DNA of 64,000 bases from Octopus sinensis (Eukaryota): contig NC_042997.1 of NCBI RefSeq assembly GCF_006345805.1, positions 59,830,001-59,894,000 of the forward strand, given 5' to 3'. The notes under the pieces are model-generated. The model ran no database searches. It was not told the origin of the DNA and worked only from the letters and a program-made list of their open reading frames with translations. The position numbers and the translations under genes were made by a program. Positions 13,955 to 24,937 of this stretch are shown here, in pieces (position 1 is the first letter of the stretch; each line of letters begins with the position of its first letter).

Positions 13955-14539
13955 CTGGAATAGACAGAGCAAAAGTGTGAGCAACTAAGACAAGGAGAGA
14001 GAAGGAGAGGGAGAAAGGGGAGGGGAAGAAAGAAGGACTGAGAGAGAGAAAGAAAGAATGATTAGGTCAACAAGAGGGAGAGTGGTATAGATTAAATAAT
14101 GGTAAAGTGTGAGAATGAGGGATAGATATGATGATAGAGAAATAGAGAGAGTGAGGAAGAGAGAGAAAGAAAGTGAGAGAAAGATAAAGAGAGAGAGAGA
14201 GTAAGAGAGATGTAGATAGAGAGAAATAGAGTGTCATGAGCCATAATCTGGAATAGACAGAAAAAGAGTAACTAAGACAAGGAGAGAGAAAAAGAGAGAG
14301 GAGGAAGAAAGATGTATTGAGAATGAGAAAGAGAGAATGATTGACTCAACAAGAGGGGAGTGGTACAGAGTAAATAATGGTAAAGAGTGAAAATGAGGGA
14401 TAGATATGAGGATAAGGAAAGAGAAAGAGAGGAGAGAGAGGAGCGAGAGAGGAGAGAGAGAGGAGAGAGAGAGAAACAGAGCATATTTTCCCTTGTTTAC
14501 ACGGAAAAATAAAAAAAAAACAGTTACCAGGGCAGCAAA

Positions 14540-15685
14540 AAATCACTCAAGTAATAAGGACGTAACATCCTGTTTGTAAAGGTAGAAACTCCGGATTGAT
14601 GTGAAATATTTTGTATAATATATGTAAATAAATAATGGAGTTAAACGCAGGTGTTATTCAAATTCCTTTACTTCCGACATATGTTTCGAAGACAACATTG
14701 GTATTATTCCAAAAGGAATAAGATGGTGCAAAACAATGTAATCTTCTCATCAGGGAAAGAAAGAAAGAAATCAAACTCATCAATAAGGCATTTTAACAGA
14801 ATGTGATGAATGTGTATAATGATGAACGGAACGCTATTAAAGTTTTTGTTTTTTAAACCGTTAGAGGATATAACGTCAAAGGTAGCCTATAGAAAGGGAA
14901 GAGTAAAGGAAAGAAATAAGCAGAAAACTAATAAAGGAGAAATATAGAGCGATATGTGAATTAGAATAAAAGCTAAAAGGCTTGGAAATAGATATTTCTA
15001 GTGGAAGTGAAAATGTAAGAAGAATATCAATGTTGAAATTATATAGAATGGTAGGTATCACTTATATGAACTAAAGGTATGTTTCTGCCAATGTTTACAC
15101 CGATAAACACGCTCTATAAACGTGTTTACAAGGGGATTTTTAGAAAATAGAATATAAAGGAGTTCACTATTACAGAGTTGGCAGAATTCTTTGCCTTTAT
15201 CGTATGGGAATGAAATGGAGAGAATCAACCAGTATAAATTTAATTGTTGATTATGATCTTTTAGATACCAAATTAATTTACTAAGCCCTGTACTGCTGCG
15301 TTTATTACTATCCCTAAATGTAAAGTAATGATTAGAAATTCTTTTAGATAACTGAGAAGAACTACCTATATATAAAAAAAGACATCGGTACCGGAAGTAA
15401 TTTTACACTGGTATAAATAGTTTTTAGTCTTAGAATTACTAGACATAAACTTAATTCTGTTGGAATTGACTTCAGAGACAATAACCTTGTTGTTAATATT
15501 TCTAGGGGGATGGTTAGTATTAGCTAAATTAATGTTAGTATTTTCAGTAATTGGATTCTTATTTAACAAATTAATATTATGTGAAGAGATACTTTGTGAA
15601 AGATTTGATGAGATTACATTTTTTTACACAATTTTATTCCTTTGGAATAATACCAACGTTGTCTTCGAAACATATATCGCCATTA
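14540..15685 (-). mobile_element. Penelope-like retroelement, 5'-truncated relic (GIY-YIG endonuclease plus pseudo-LTR)
   Basis: Frameshifted minus-strand frame NYLYQCKITSGTDVFF-YIGSSSQLSKRISNHYFTFRD..STGLSKLIWYLK...FCQLCNSELLYIL...RCKH is a PLE GIY-YIG domain. The 3' repeat carries the hammerhead, and a partial inverted copy of that repeat sits at about 15605-15680. Boundaries are approximate. Confidence 0.88.
14671..14758 (-). ncRNA. Type I hammerhead ribozyme (Penelope-type, minimal palindromic stem III)
   Basis: Minus strand reads tttcc-CTGATGA-gaagattacattg...caatgttgtcttc-GAAAC-atat-GTC-ggaag. The catalytic core is complete, stem II is long, stem I is ttcc/ggaa, and the predicted GUC cleavage lies between 14676 and 14675. 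Confidence 0.85.
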
Positions 15686-15686
15686 T

Positions 15687-15779
15687 TATATATATATATA
15701 TATATATAATATATATATTATATATATATATACCATATATATATAATATATACATTATATATATATATATTATATATAC

Positions 15780-15812
<33 letters not shown>

Positions 15813-15832
15813 CATATATATATATAATATAC

Positions 15833-15863
<31 letters not shown>

Positions 15864-15950
15864 CAATATATATATATACTAATATATATATACATATATA
15901 TATATACATATATATATACAATATATATATACATATATATATATATACAT

Positions 15951-15982
<32 letters not shown>

Positions 15983-16027
15983 CATATAATATATATATAA
16001 CATATATATATACATATATATATATAC

Positions 16028-16066
<39 letters not shown>

Positions 16067-16107
16067 CATATATATTATATATATATATATATACAATATA
16101 TATATAC

Positions 16108-16138
<31 letters not shown>

Positions 16139-16185
16139 CATATATATATATACATTATATATATACATATATATATATATACATA

Positions 16186-16232
<47 letters not shown>

Positions 16233-16283
16233 CATATATATATATACATATATATATATACATATATAGATATATATATATAT

Positions 16284-16321
<38 letters not shown>

Positions 16322-16353
16322 AATATATATAATATATATATATATATATATAC

Positions 16354-16385
<32 letters not shown>

Positions 16386-16662
16386 TAATATATACAAATA
16401 TATATATATATATAATATATACAAATATATATATATATATATACAAATATATATATATATCTATATATATATATATATCTATATATATATACATATATAT
16501 ATACAATATATATATATATATATATATATTATCTATATATATATATAATATATATACATATATATATATATATATACATATATATATACATATATATCTA
16601 TATATATATATATAATATATATATATAATATATATATATATATCATATATATATTATATATA
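15687..16662. repeat. ~1-kb interrupted (TA)n tract
   Basis: Continuous TA/TATAC low-complexity sequence; the largest of many (TA)n, (CA)n, (TATG)n, (GA)n and (TATC)n tracts in the window. Confidence 0.98.
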
Positions 16663-16663
16663 T

Positions 16664-16920
16664 GGTGAGGCGCGTGGCCTAGTGTTTAGGATGTTGCATT
16701 CACGATCGATCGCAAGATCGTGGTTTCGATACCCGTATTGGTCATTGTGTTGTGTTCTTGAGCAAAACACTTCGTTTCATGTTGCTTTAGTCCACTCAGC
16801 TGTAAATAGGTAATCCTGCGACGGACTAGCCTTCTGTTCTGGGGTAATGTTCTGATTTTGGTCACTTGTATATGCCATGGAACCAGGGTAACTGGTTCTA
16901 TCAGTTCTAGGACCGAAAAC
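16664..16920 (+). mobile_element. tRNA-derived SINE with CORE-like block
   Basis: A-box gtggcctagtg, B-box ggtttcgatacc, then tgtgttcttgagcaaaacactt. Confidence 0.85.
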
Positions 16921-17040
16921 TGTAATGTTCAGGAGTTTTTACAGGTAATAGGCTAGCAGCAGAATCCATATTAAACTTGGAGTGAGAAAATTTGGAAATG
17001 TGTCTTTGACAAATACGAATATGACAACAGTTTAACTTAC

Positions 17041-17154
17041 ATTAGTATTATGGTTGCAAGTATCTCTGTCATTCGGAGTACGGCATCCAGTTTTTAACTC
17101 TTTGGTAACGTCATAGCCCTCGTTACCCCATTGAAATACGAGATGATACGCAGC
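17041..17154 (-). CDS. CAP-superfamily gene, exon F
   Basis: Acceptor ttcttttcaatttcag, donor gtaagt; 114 bp, phase 0 to 0. Translates AAYHLVFQWGNEGYDVTKELKTGCRTPNDRDTCNHNTN (V..W..E plus a divergent C...CGHYTQ motif). Confidence 0.9.
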
Positions 17155-19289
17155 CTGAAATTGAAAAGAATATAAGATAAAATTACTTAGGTGAAATCAA
17201 ACGGTAACGATAGAAAATACTTCACTGATATCAGACACTAAATATGGCGACTCTCTTTGAAATTGAAATCTGCATTTTGTGTGTGTGAGTGTGTGTGTAT
17301 GTGTGTTAATGTGTGTTTGTGTGTGAGTGAGTGTGTGTGTGTGTGTGTGTATGAGTGAGTAAGTGTGTGAGTGTGTATGTGTGTGTGTGTATGTGTATGT
17401 GTGCGGCAGCATGCTGTTGAAAAGAGTGTCACAATACTGTTTATTGATTAAAGGTAAGTATAGCTTTTTCGTTCATTCTCAATCTGCAATAAAATCTCCA
17501 ATATTTTTGTCTTTTATGTCGTCAATTGCTTTAAAATAAAGATTGCGATGAAGCCAGTTTATATAAATTTAAGTTAAAGGTGTATATTGAAAAATGCTAT
17601 CAATAAAAACAAGGAAATTCCCAATTAGGACAGAAAATTTTTGCTGGAAAATTAGCTTTAACATTACAAAAATATTCCTGTATTGTAAAACCTTTTTACT
17701 AAGCTACTTAGATCGTTTTATCAGATGCAATAGGGACACATTACAAAAAATATGGCTAATTCTAAGCCAATTAATATCAAACAAATCAATGTTTCATAAA
17801 GAAAAACGATTTTAATTTACACAATTCATATCTAAATTTTGCTACTACTAATAAAGTATGTTCTAGGAAAACTTTCTTCTGATTATTTAATTTGGTAAAT
17901 TTTTGGAACGAAATTATTCTTCAGCATTTCATTTAAAAATCCCAAGAGTATAATACTAAAGCATAATAAAGTTAAAAGCAGCTCGTTTGTTGCTATCCAT
18001 ACATATCAATTCTTTATCGTATTATTATTCATCAGTATCTTATCTCGGTAAATTGCTAAATGAGAACCGTATTAGATATAGCAAAATCATAAATACTTGT
18101 AGCAGTACTCGGAAATATATAAAGTTTAATGTTGAGTACTTTAATTCAATCATAATTGTGTTAGAAAATACTAACCATTGACAAGTTTCAAAGCTATCAT
18201 ATAGTGAACCATTCACAGATACCAGCTCAATACTTTAATAAATTGTACTGTTTAGCTAAATCTAAGATGATTAAACTGTTTAAAAATATTCAGGAAATGT
18301 CAAAACGTGTGACAATATATTTTCAGAAATTTAATCAGATTAGAGATTCATATAAAATATTTTTGTATGATAACTAAATACCGAAGAAAATAAAGATAAC
18401 ACAAAAAATTCTATTTAATTTGTTTAAACATTTATTTTTCCTTTAATCTTAATAATTTATTTCGTTAGATTAAAACCAGTTTTGATAGGAGAGAACTATG
18501 ATCAAGTGAATTGGAAACAATATTTTAAAAGTACTTATTTTGTCGTAAACAGATCAGTGGAACGTAAAATCGAATCCAGATGTATCTGAACTGGTCTTAG
18601 TGCGATAAAACTAAATACTTTAAGACATTTAGTTTGCCAGTATATTACCAATTCCATTACTTTTTACATTCGTGTGGATTTTGCACAACAGTACTACGAT
18701 TTAAAGAAACTGTGAAGTTTTAACTCTCACGTAGTGGTTTTAGTAGTTTAAATAAGCAAAAAATGTTCAACAGAGGATTGGAAACTAGGTCTCAGCTTCA
18801 ATTCGGAAAGTGCATTGTTCTGAGGCAGAAAGCTTTAGGCTTATGTTGAAAAAAAATCACTATGAGTTTCATATTTATAGCCAGGAGTGTCGTTCATAAG
18901 CTGGGTCTTTGAATCAATTTCTGTTGCTTGTTGCTCATGTTACTAAAGTTTTTTTTTGGGGGGGGGGGGGCATGGCAAGAACACATTCCATATGATAGAT
19001 TTGAAGATTTCTTGAAGTGTTGCGATTTTAAATTAATTATTTGAATGGCCACTTCTCAATTCTTCATAAAAATGATAAACATTCGGACATATTTAAAGTA
19101 AATAAAAAAAGTGAATTGACTTCCTGTTGGTTTTTAACTAGTAGTATTAAAGTTGTTCAATCAATTAAATGGCTTACTCATTGAATTATTTATAGCGTAA
19201 GTGGTTGAGCTCTCAGCAAACACTTACATGCTGGTTGAATCAGCATGACATATTCCATAAAATACGGCCTTTTTAATTATAGGCACAAT

Positions 19290-19480
19290 CTATTGGACAA
19301 ACCTTCACATAATTTCTGCCAACCCAATTTTCACTCGCAAATCTTAAATCAATCCGATAATACGATTGATATGTATGGATAGCAACAAATACGTTTGCTC
19401 AATATGTCACGCAGCAGGATCGAACCTGAAATCTTGTGACTGCGAAGCGAACTTCCTAACCACTTAGGCATGCCTACGCC
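19290..19480 (-). mobile_element. Decayed SINE head
   Basis: Reverse complement ggcgtaggcatgcctaagtggttaggaagttcgctt...caggttcgatcct (A and B boxes). Confidence 0.7.
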
Positions 19481-19858
19481 CATACATAGATACTTTTGAC
19501 AGTATGAAGAAAGAGAATCACGAAACTGATTGATTCTTGAAGGCGATCTATTTTTTAAAATCGACATTATTAATTCACATTCGTAACATATTCGTCAGGG
19601 GGATTCTGAAAATTATGCTCAATATATTCTCTGAAGTATTAGCTATAGGAAGTAATTAACACCATATAATCATCATATTCATCTCTAACATCTACTTTAT
19701 TATATTTCGCCTCGCGTTCATTAACGTCTTACACACAGCCATCATCATTATCTCTATTTTTTAATAAAAATGCAACGATAATACTGACAAATAGAATTAT
19801 GTATCAGACTGACTCAGCTTAAAGCGCTGTTTTCTATTGACAATAATTATCAGTTTAA

Positions 19859-20290
19859 AGGCGGCAAGCTGGCAGAAGCGTTAGCACGCTGGACGAAATG
19901 CTTAGCGGTATTTTGCCCGTCGCCACGTTCTGAGTTCAAATTCCGTCGAGGTCGACTTTGCCTTTCCTCCTTTCGGGGTCGAAAAAATTAAGTACCAGTT
20001 ATGTACTGGGGTCGATCTAATCGACTCATCCCCTCTCCCCAAATCACTGCCCTTGTGGCAAAATTTGAAAACATAGAAGGCGGCGAGCTGGCAGAAACGT
20101 TAGCACCACGGGCAAAATGCTTAGCGGTATTTCGTCTGTCTTTATGTTCTGAGTTCAAATTCCGCCGAGGTCGACTTTGCCTTTCATCCTTTCAGGGTCG
20201 ATAAATTAAATACCTGTTGCGTACTGGGATCGACCTAATCGACTGGCCCCCTCCCCCAAAATCTTGTGCCTAGAGTAGAAAAGAATAATT
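19859..20290 (+). mobile_element. Two head-to-tail tRNA-derived SINE copies
   Basis: Heads ggcggc.agctggcagaa.cgttagc near 19860 and 20079, each with B-box gagttcaaattcc and the same central block. Confidence 0.92.
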
Positions 20291-20674
20291 ATCAGTTTAG
20301 AAAAAGACATAATTATGAGTAGAATGTTAAAATTGAAAAAACAAACAAACTGATAAAATATTAGCACAGAGATTAAAAACGAGAAGTTATTGCGATTAAA
20401 CACTTAAATATTGGGATTGTTAATTTAAATTTGTTGCTCAAAATTATTACAACACCAAGTTATACACACACACACACACACACACATATAGATATGTATA
20501 TACACATAGACACGCGCGCAACCCCACCCCCCACAGAGGAAGTGTTTAATAGTAATAAAACTCCTTTTCAGAAATAAAGAGGGTGTTTCAGCTATCAGTT
20601 TGAAGGTCGGAAAACAGTAAAAGGAATATTAAGAATTCTAACCTACAGGATGAAAGGGAAGCGGGAAGGTTTGC

Positions 20675-20789
20675 GCGCCAAATGCATTTGTAAGCGGGCG
20701 CTAAATGCATCTGTAATTGTGCGCGAAATGTATCTGTAAATGTGCGCCAAATGCATCTGTAGTTGTGCAACAAATGCATTTGTCGTATC
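20675..20789. repeat. 23-bp minisatellite, five copies
   Basis: Units gcgccaaatgcatttgtaagcgg / gcgctaaatgcatctgtaattgt / gcgcgaaatgtatctgtaaatgt / gcgccaaatgcatctgtagttgt / gcaacaaatgcatttgtcgtatc. Confidence 0.9.
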
Positions 20790-21283
20790 ATGTATTTATG
20801 CAATTCTTAGCCTCCATGTTTAATCATCTTAAGCGTTTAATTGAAACAGTATTATTAGAATTTAAGAAAAAAATTGTGCTCGATGAATGAAACATTTTAT
20901 TTGTCTGTTACACCATATCGGAAAAATTTGTACGATGCTATATCAAATTGAGAGATATCCATTGTGTCCCAAGAAGAAATATGAAGCATTTCACCTCATG
21001 CTCTTTATTCCACTCATCTGTAAGATTTTGTGCGAAAAGATACTCGTTTCTTTAAATAGTTTACTAATATACATAATTCTTTGCATATTATTGAATAGAC
21101 TCGCGCTGACAAAAATCGTACCCCTTTGTTGCCATATCTTTATTGAAAAAACAATACTTTGTTCAAGTTAATTTTGAAAATAATGAAAATTTTGGTAAAA
21201 TAACTTTGCTATATTAAGCTTTTGTTTGGAACAAATTATCACGAACTTTTGATGGAGGGTTTTAATGTAGATTACTTTAAAAC

Positions 21284-21628
21284 CGTGAAGGCGCATGGCT
21301 CAGTGGTTAGAGCGTCGAGCTTACGATCGTGAGGTTGTGAGTTCGAACCGGGTTGCGTGTTGATTTCTTGAGCAAGACACTTTATTTCACGTTGCTCCAG
21401 TTAACCCAACTGTAGAAATGAGTTGCGACATCAATGGTGCCAAGCTGTATCGGCCTTTGCCTTTCCCTTGGATAACATCAGTGGTGTGGAGAGGGGAGGA
21501 TGATATGCATGGGAAACTGCTGGCCTTCCACAAACAATTTTGCCCGGATTTGTGCCTCGGAGGGTAACTTTCTAGGTGCAATTCCATGGCCCTTCATGAC
21601 CGAAGGGGGTCTACTCACTTTAATACTC
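21284..21628 (+). mobile_element. tRNA-derived CORE-like SINE with 10-bp target-site duplication
   Basis: A-box tggctcagtggttagagc, B-box gagttcgaacc; TSD actttaaaac at 21274-21283 and 21629-21638. Confidence 0.9.
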
Positions 21629-22260
21629 ACTTTAAAACAAGAAATTTGTATCATAGAACCGGCAGCAGTCTCAGACGGATTGGCATCAAAAGAGTTAAAT
21701 AGTGGGAATTATAATGATTAACAAAAAATGTAATAACAGTATTTTCGGTATCAGATGTAAAAAACTAAATACTCCTTGTTTTAAGAATTTAGTGGAAAAT
21801 AAGTTTTCAGAAGTGTATATCATAAAAAAACAACATAATTTACTTTAAAAGGAATTTTATATTAAAAAAAAAGACTCATTGAAAAATAACAATGAGCTTA
21901 TTACACCCTGTGCTCGGGTAAACGCACTATAGTATATGGGAATGATACCGTAATTTTATCAGTTTATCATCTTGCGACATAATAAGCCATATAAATGCGA
22001 TACCATAGCACTACATCTGTTCATTTTGCATCAGATGAAGTGTGATAATATCTGATGAACGAGTCACACAGTTTTTGAGTTTTCGTTACAATTCCACATT
22101 CCGAATTATACTATATTTCTAGAGACATTCATATGCACCTGTAAAAATGTCCATTATATTCTAGTCATTGATTTTTAACATTGGAGTATCAACATCGGAG
22201 TCATAGTATACAAATTTGTGACTTAAACTCTGAAAATAAAGAGGTAAGAATACTCTGCGC

Positions 22261-22392
22261 TTAAATTCCGCCGAGGTCGACTTTGCCTTTCCTCCTTTCG
22301 TGGTCGATAAAATAAGTGCCAGCTGAGCATTGGAGTCGATGTAATCGACTAGACTCCTCTCCCAAAATTTCAACCCTTATGTCTATAGTACA

Positions 22393-22395
<3 letters not shown>
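22261..22395 (+). mobile_element. 5'-truncated copy of the same SINE, followed by (AAT)n
   Basis: aaattccgccgaggtcgactttgcctttcctcctttcgtggtcgataaa... Confidence 0.85.
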
Positions 22396-22449
<54 letters not shown>

Positions 22450-23004
22450 TATTAATGTTGTTGTCAAGAAGATATGTTAGGTTAGGAATTGCACAAATTA
22501 AAGAAGTTGAAAGATTTAGTTGTAATTGGTTTGTTTTCTGGATTAACCGTCACCAACAAAATTATACAGGAGATAAAAAAAGCACGCACGCCGTTGCACC
22601 GATACCATTTGCGATTTCCAACGCGCAGTCCCTAAAATAAAAAATACAGCAACATGCATTGAATACAAGCAGGATTAAAATACACAGCATAAGTTTCAAA
22701 GGAACACTCTTTTTTTCTGCGAAGATTGTTAGGAGCAAACATGCAATGCAAACATAATTTTCTTCTAAACTTTATATCGAGCTATATTCTACTATGTTGC
22801 TCTAAGTTATAGTTTAATGAATATCTTACTAAAATACTTGCCGTTGATGTATATAATAAATCTAAAGTATTACCTAATTGCTCTTTAGTTTTTTGATCTA
22901 GATATTAACTAATTGACTAAATAGCTTACTAGAAATTAACTTAACTTCTGTATCTTTAGTACACACACACGCACACACGCAGGCACACACACACACACGC
23001 AGGC

Positions 23005-23040
<36 letters not shown>

Positions 23041-23449
23041 TAACACACACACACACAAACCAAATGCATGCTCTCACTTGTCATTACAACTGTCCTTTTT
23101 CTACTAAGTCATGCTCTTCCATTTAACATACAGGCAACATCCTTACAACTGGAATCTATTACCCCCTTCACATTCAATGTGTAAACTTTGCTGCAACTCC
23201 GTATTACACATCGAAAAGTTCTCCGTAAGTCTGTTAGTGAATTTGAAGACACAATCAGTAAATAGAACCTATATCCAACTATTTCTTTAATCTCAATCAT
23301 TTGCTGTCACAAATTTGAAAATGTCAGGTGTGCAATCTCATTCCTGCTAGGATCAGGTATATTTGCACTATTGGAAACTAGAATAGCCCCATAAGCTAAT
23401 GGAAAAAGTTTTTAATATGCTACAAAATCAAACAAACAAACTTACCATC

Positions 23450-23690
23450 ACTTCTGCACCGCTATTGGTGATATTGAAACTGCTAAAACGTTGTTATAAT
23501 TTTCCTTAATCTTTTAGTGGGAACTTGAATTGAATCGATTGTACCATGTTGTTGAAAACATTATCTACAATTCAAGTTCATTACATAACTAGATGAAGAG
23601 CTTTCAACGTTAGCATAACTCAACGTACGTTTACCAACAGAACTCATAGCTCCAGAAAAATTACCAATGGTGTACCTCAAGGTTCGTACT
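23450..23690 (+). mobile_element. LINE RT fragment
   Basis: Ends in SRKITNGVPQGSY, the non-LTR RT GVPQGS motif. Confidence 0.65.
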
Positions 23691-23855
23691 ACACGCACGT
23701 CTTTTCATAATTAAATGTTAAAGAAGTATACAGAATGCATTTATTAAAAGAAGCACACACAAAAATGAAAAATTGTTATTTTCGCGCGCATTTGAAAACA
23801 GCATTTGTTAAAATAATACTCGAAATACTTATTTCAAACAATTGATATAACTTAC

Positions 23856-23981
23856 TTGATCTTTGTCCCGGTCTGATGTAAACAACTTTCCGAAGTTAGT
23901 GTAAGCACTTCTGGGACCAGGATATTCTTCATCACAGCGAATAACATAATTTGCCCATCTACTGAGATATGGGCTCCATTT
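23856..23981 (-). CDS. CAP-superfamily gene, exon E
   Basis: Acceptor cttatttcag, donor gtaagt; 126 bp, phase 0 to 0. Translates KWSPYLSRWANYVIRCDEEYPGPRSAYTNFGKLFTSDRDKDQ (CAP motif L.W...L...A.....C). Confidence 0.9.
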
Positions 23982-24181
23982 CTGAAATAAGTATTACATT
24001 TATGAAGTGTTCTTTATAAAAATAAAGATTTTACGAATATTTTGTACCATAAAAATTTATCGAAAGACTATCAAATATAAAAATCATAGAAATATACTAA
24101 AATTGATTTAAATATAATCAAAATGAGAGCTATTCTAACTTAATCTAAAGAACTTCCTTTTAAAAATTCGACAACACTTAC

Positions 24182-24261
24182 CAATTCTTGTTTGTTAGTC
24201 CTTCGACGAAGAGTGTTATGGGCGCTCTTCATATAATATTCTTCCGTATCAGTCATGCTTC
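24182..24261 (-). CDS. CAP-superfamily gene, exon D (start of CAP domain 2)
   Basis: Acceptor cgtttttgatag, donor gtaagt; 80 bp, phase 1 to 0. Translates SMTDTEEYYMKSAHNTLRRRTNKQEL, containing the CAP helix-1 motif HN..R. Confidence 0.9.
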
Positions 24262-24826
24262 CTATCAAAAACGAGCAATGACACATTTATTCGTATTTAT
24301 TTGAAAGAATAAAGAAAAGAAACATTTAAATGAATCCAATAGATATTTTCATTCGTATGCAGGTTAAAATTTTAGTTGCGGAGGTAATGTCTGTGTTGGA
24401 ACTTTAACTGATAAAACTTTTAGCCGTTCCTATAAAATCCATACCACCTTTTGACGAAAACATACGAAAACATATAGCTGCTCGGGTACCTCTTAAATTT
24501 AGTTGTTCTAACATAAATACAGAAGATTTTATTTCCAACCTTTCTATATACACGCAAAATTTCTTATGATTTCATATCTTAAGTTCTTTCAAAATATTTT
24601 CGGATCAAAAGACAATTATGCTATACATACACACATATATAAATATATGTATTCTTGGGTGCATATCTGCAAAGACGTCTCGTTACTTTCCTGAATCTAC
24701 TTTTATGGAGATAAAACAAAGAGTAACAAAAAAAAAACAAAAAAAACCCGGAAAAGCTTAAGATTAGATTTCTTACTAAGAAGTATGTAGAATAAAAGAA
24801 ATAAAAATGCTGAAAGAAAAATATAC

Positions 24827-24937
24827 CTGCTCCTGCCAGTTGTCTTCGAAGTCTCCTAGCGTCAAGAGTGGCTTTATTTCTTAGAAAACGTCGATGGTAC
24901 TCGGGAGGGGTTCTTAACCTTTTAGAAAGCTCTTCGC
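24827..24937 (-). CDS. CAP-superfamily gene, exon C (basic linker / pro-peptide-like segment)
   Basis: Acceptor gaatttcag, donor gtatat; 111 bp, phase 1 to 1. Translates EELSKRLRTPPEYHRRFLRNKATLDARRLRRQLAGA(G). Phase-compatible with exons B and D. Confidence 0.8.

Larger units (their letters stand above)
12606..14298. repeat. Near-identical tandem duplication (~839-bp unit, two copies) containing the CAP terminal exon
   Basis: About 12606-13460 matches about 13444-14298. The only differences seen are small indels in homopolymer or GA runs. Confidence 0.95.

Noticed and set aside
15460-16506. Long [12 protein letters not shown] ORFs here and throughout the window
   Set aside because: Translations of (TA)n, (CA)n and (TATG)n microsatellites with no coding signal.
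20675-20789. CRISPR-like array
   Set aside because: Units are contiguous with no unique spacers, and the context is eukaryotic with no cas genes.
21284-21360. tRNA gene call (also at 16664, 19859, 55092)
   Set aside because: A/B boxes continue into SINE bodies without a closing acceptor stem; these are tRNA-derived SINE heads.
23446-23485. Minus-strand gtaag donor just downstream of exon E
   Set aside because: No phase-compatible open exon, and the region is a plus-strand LINE RT fragment.
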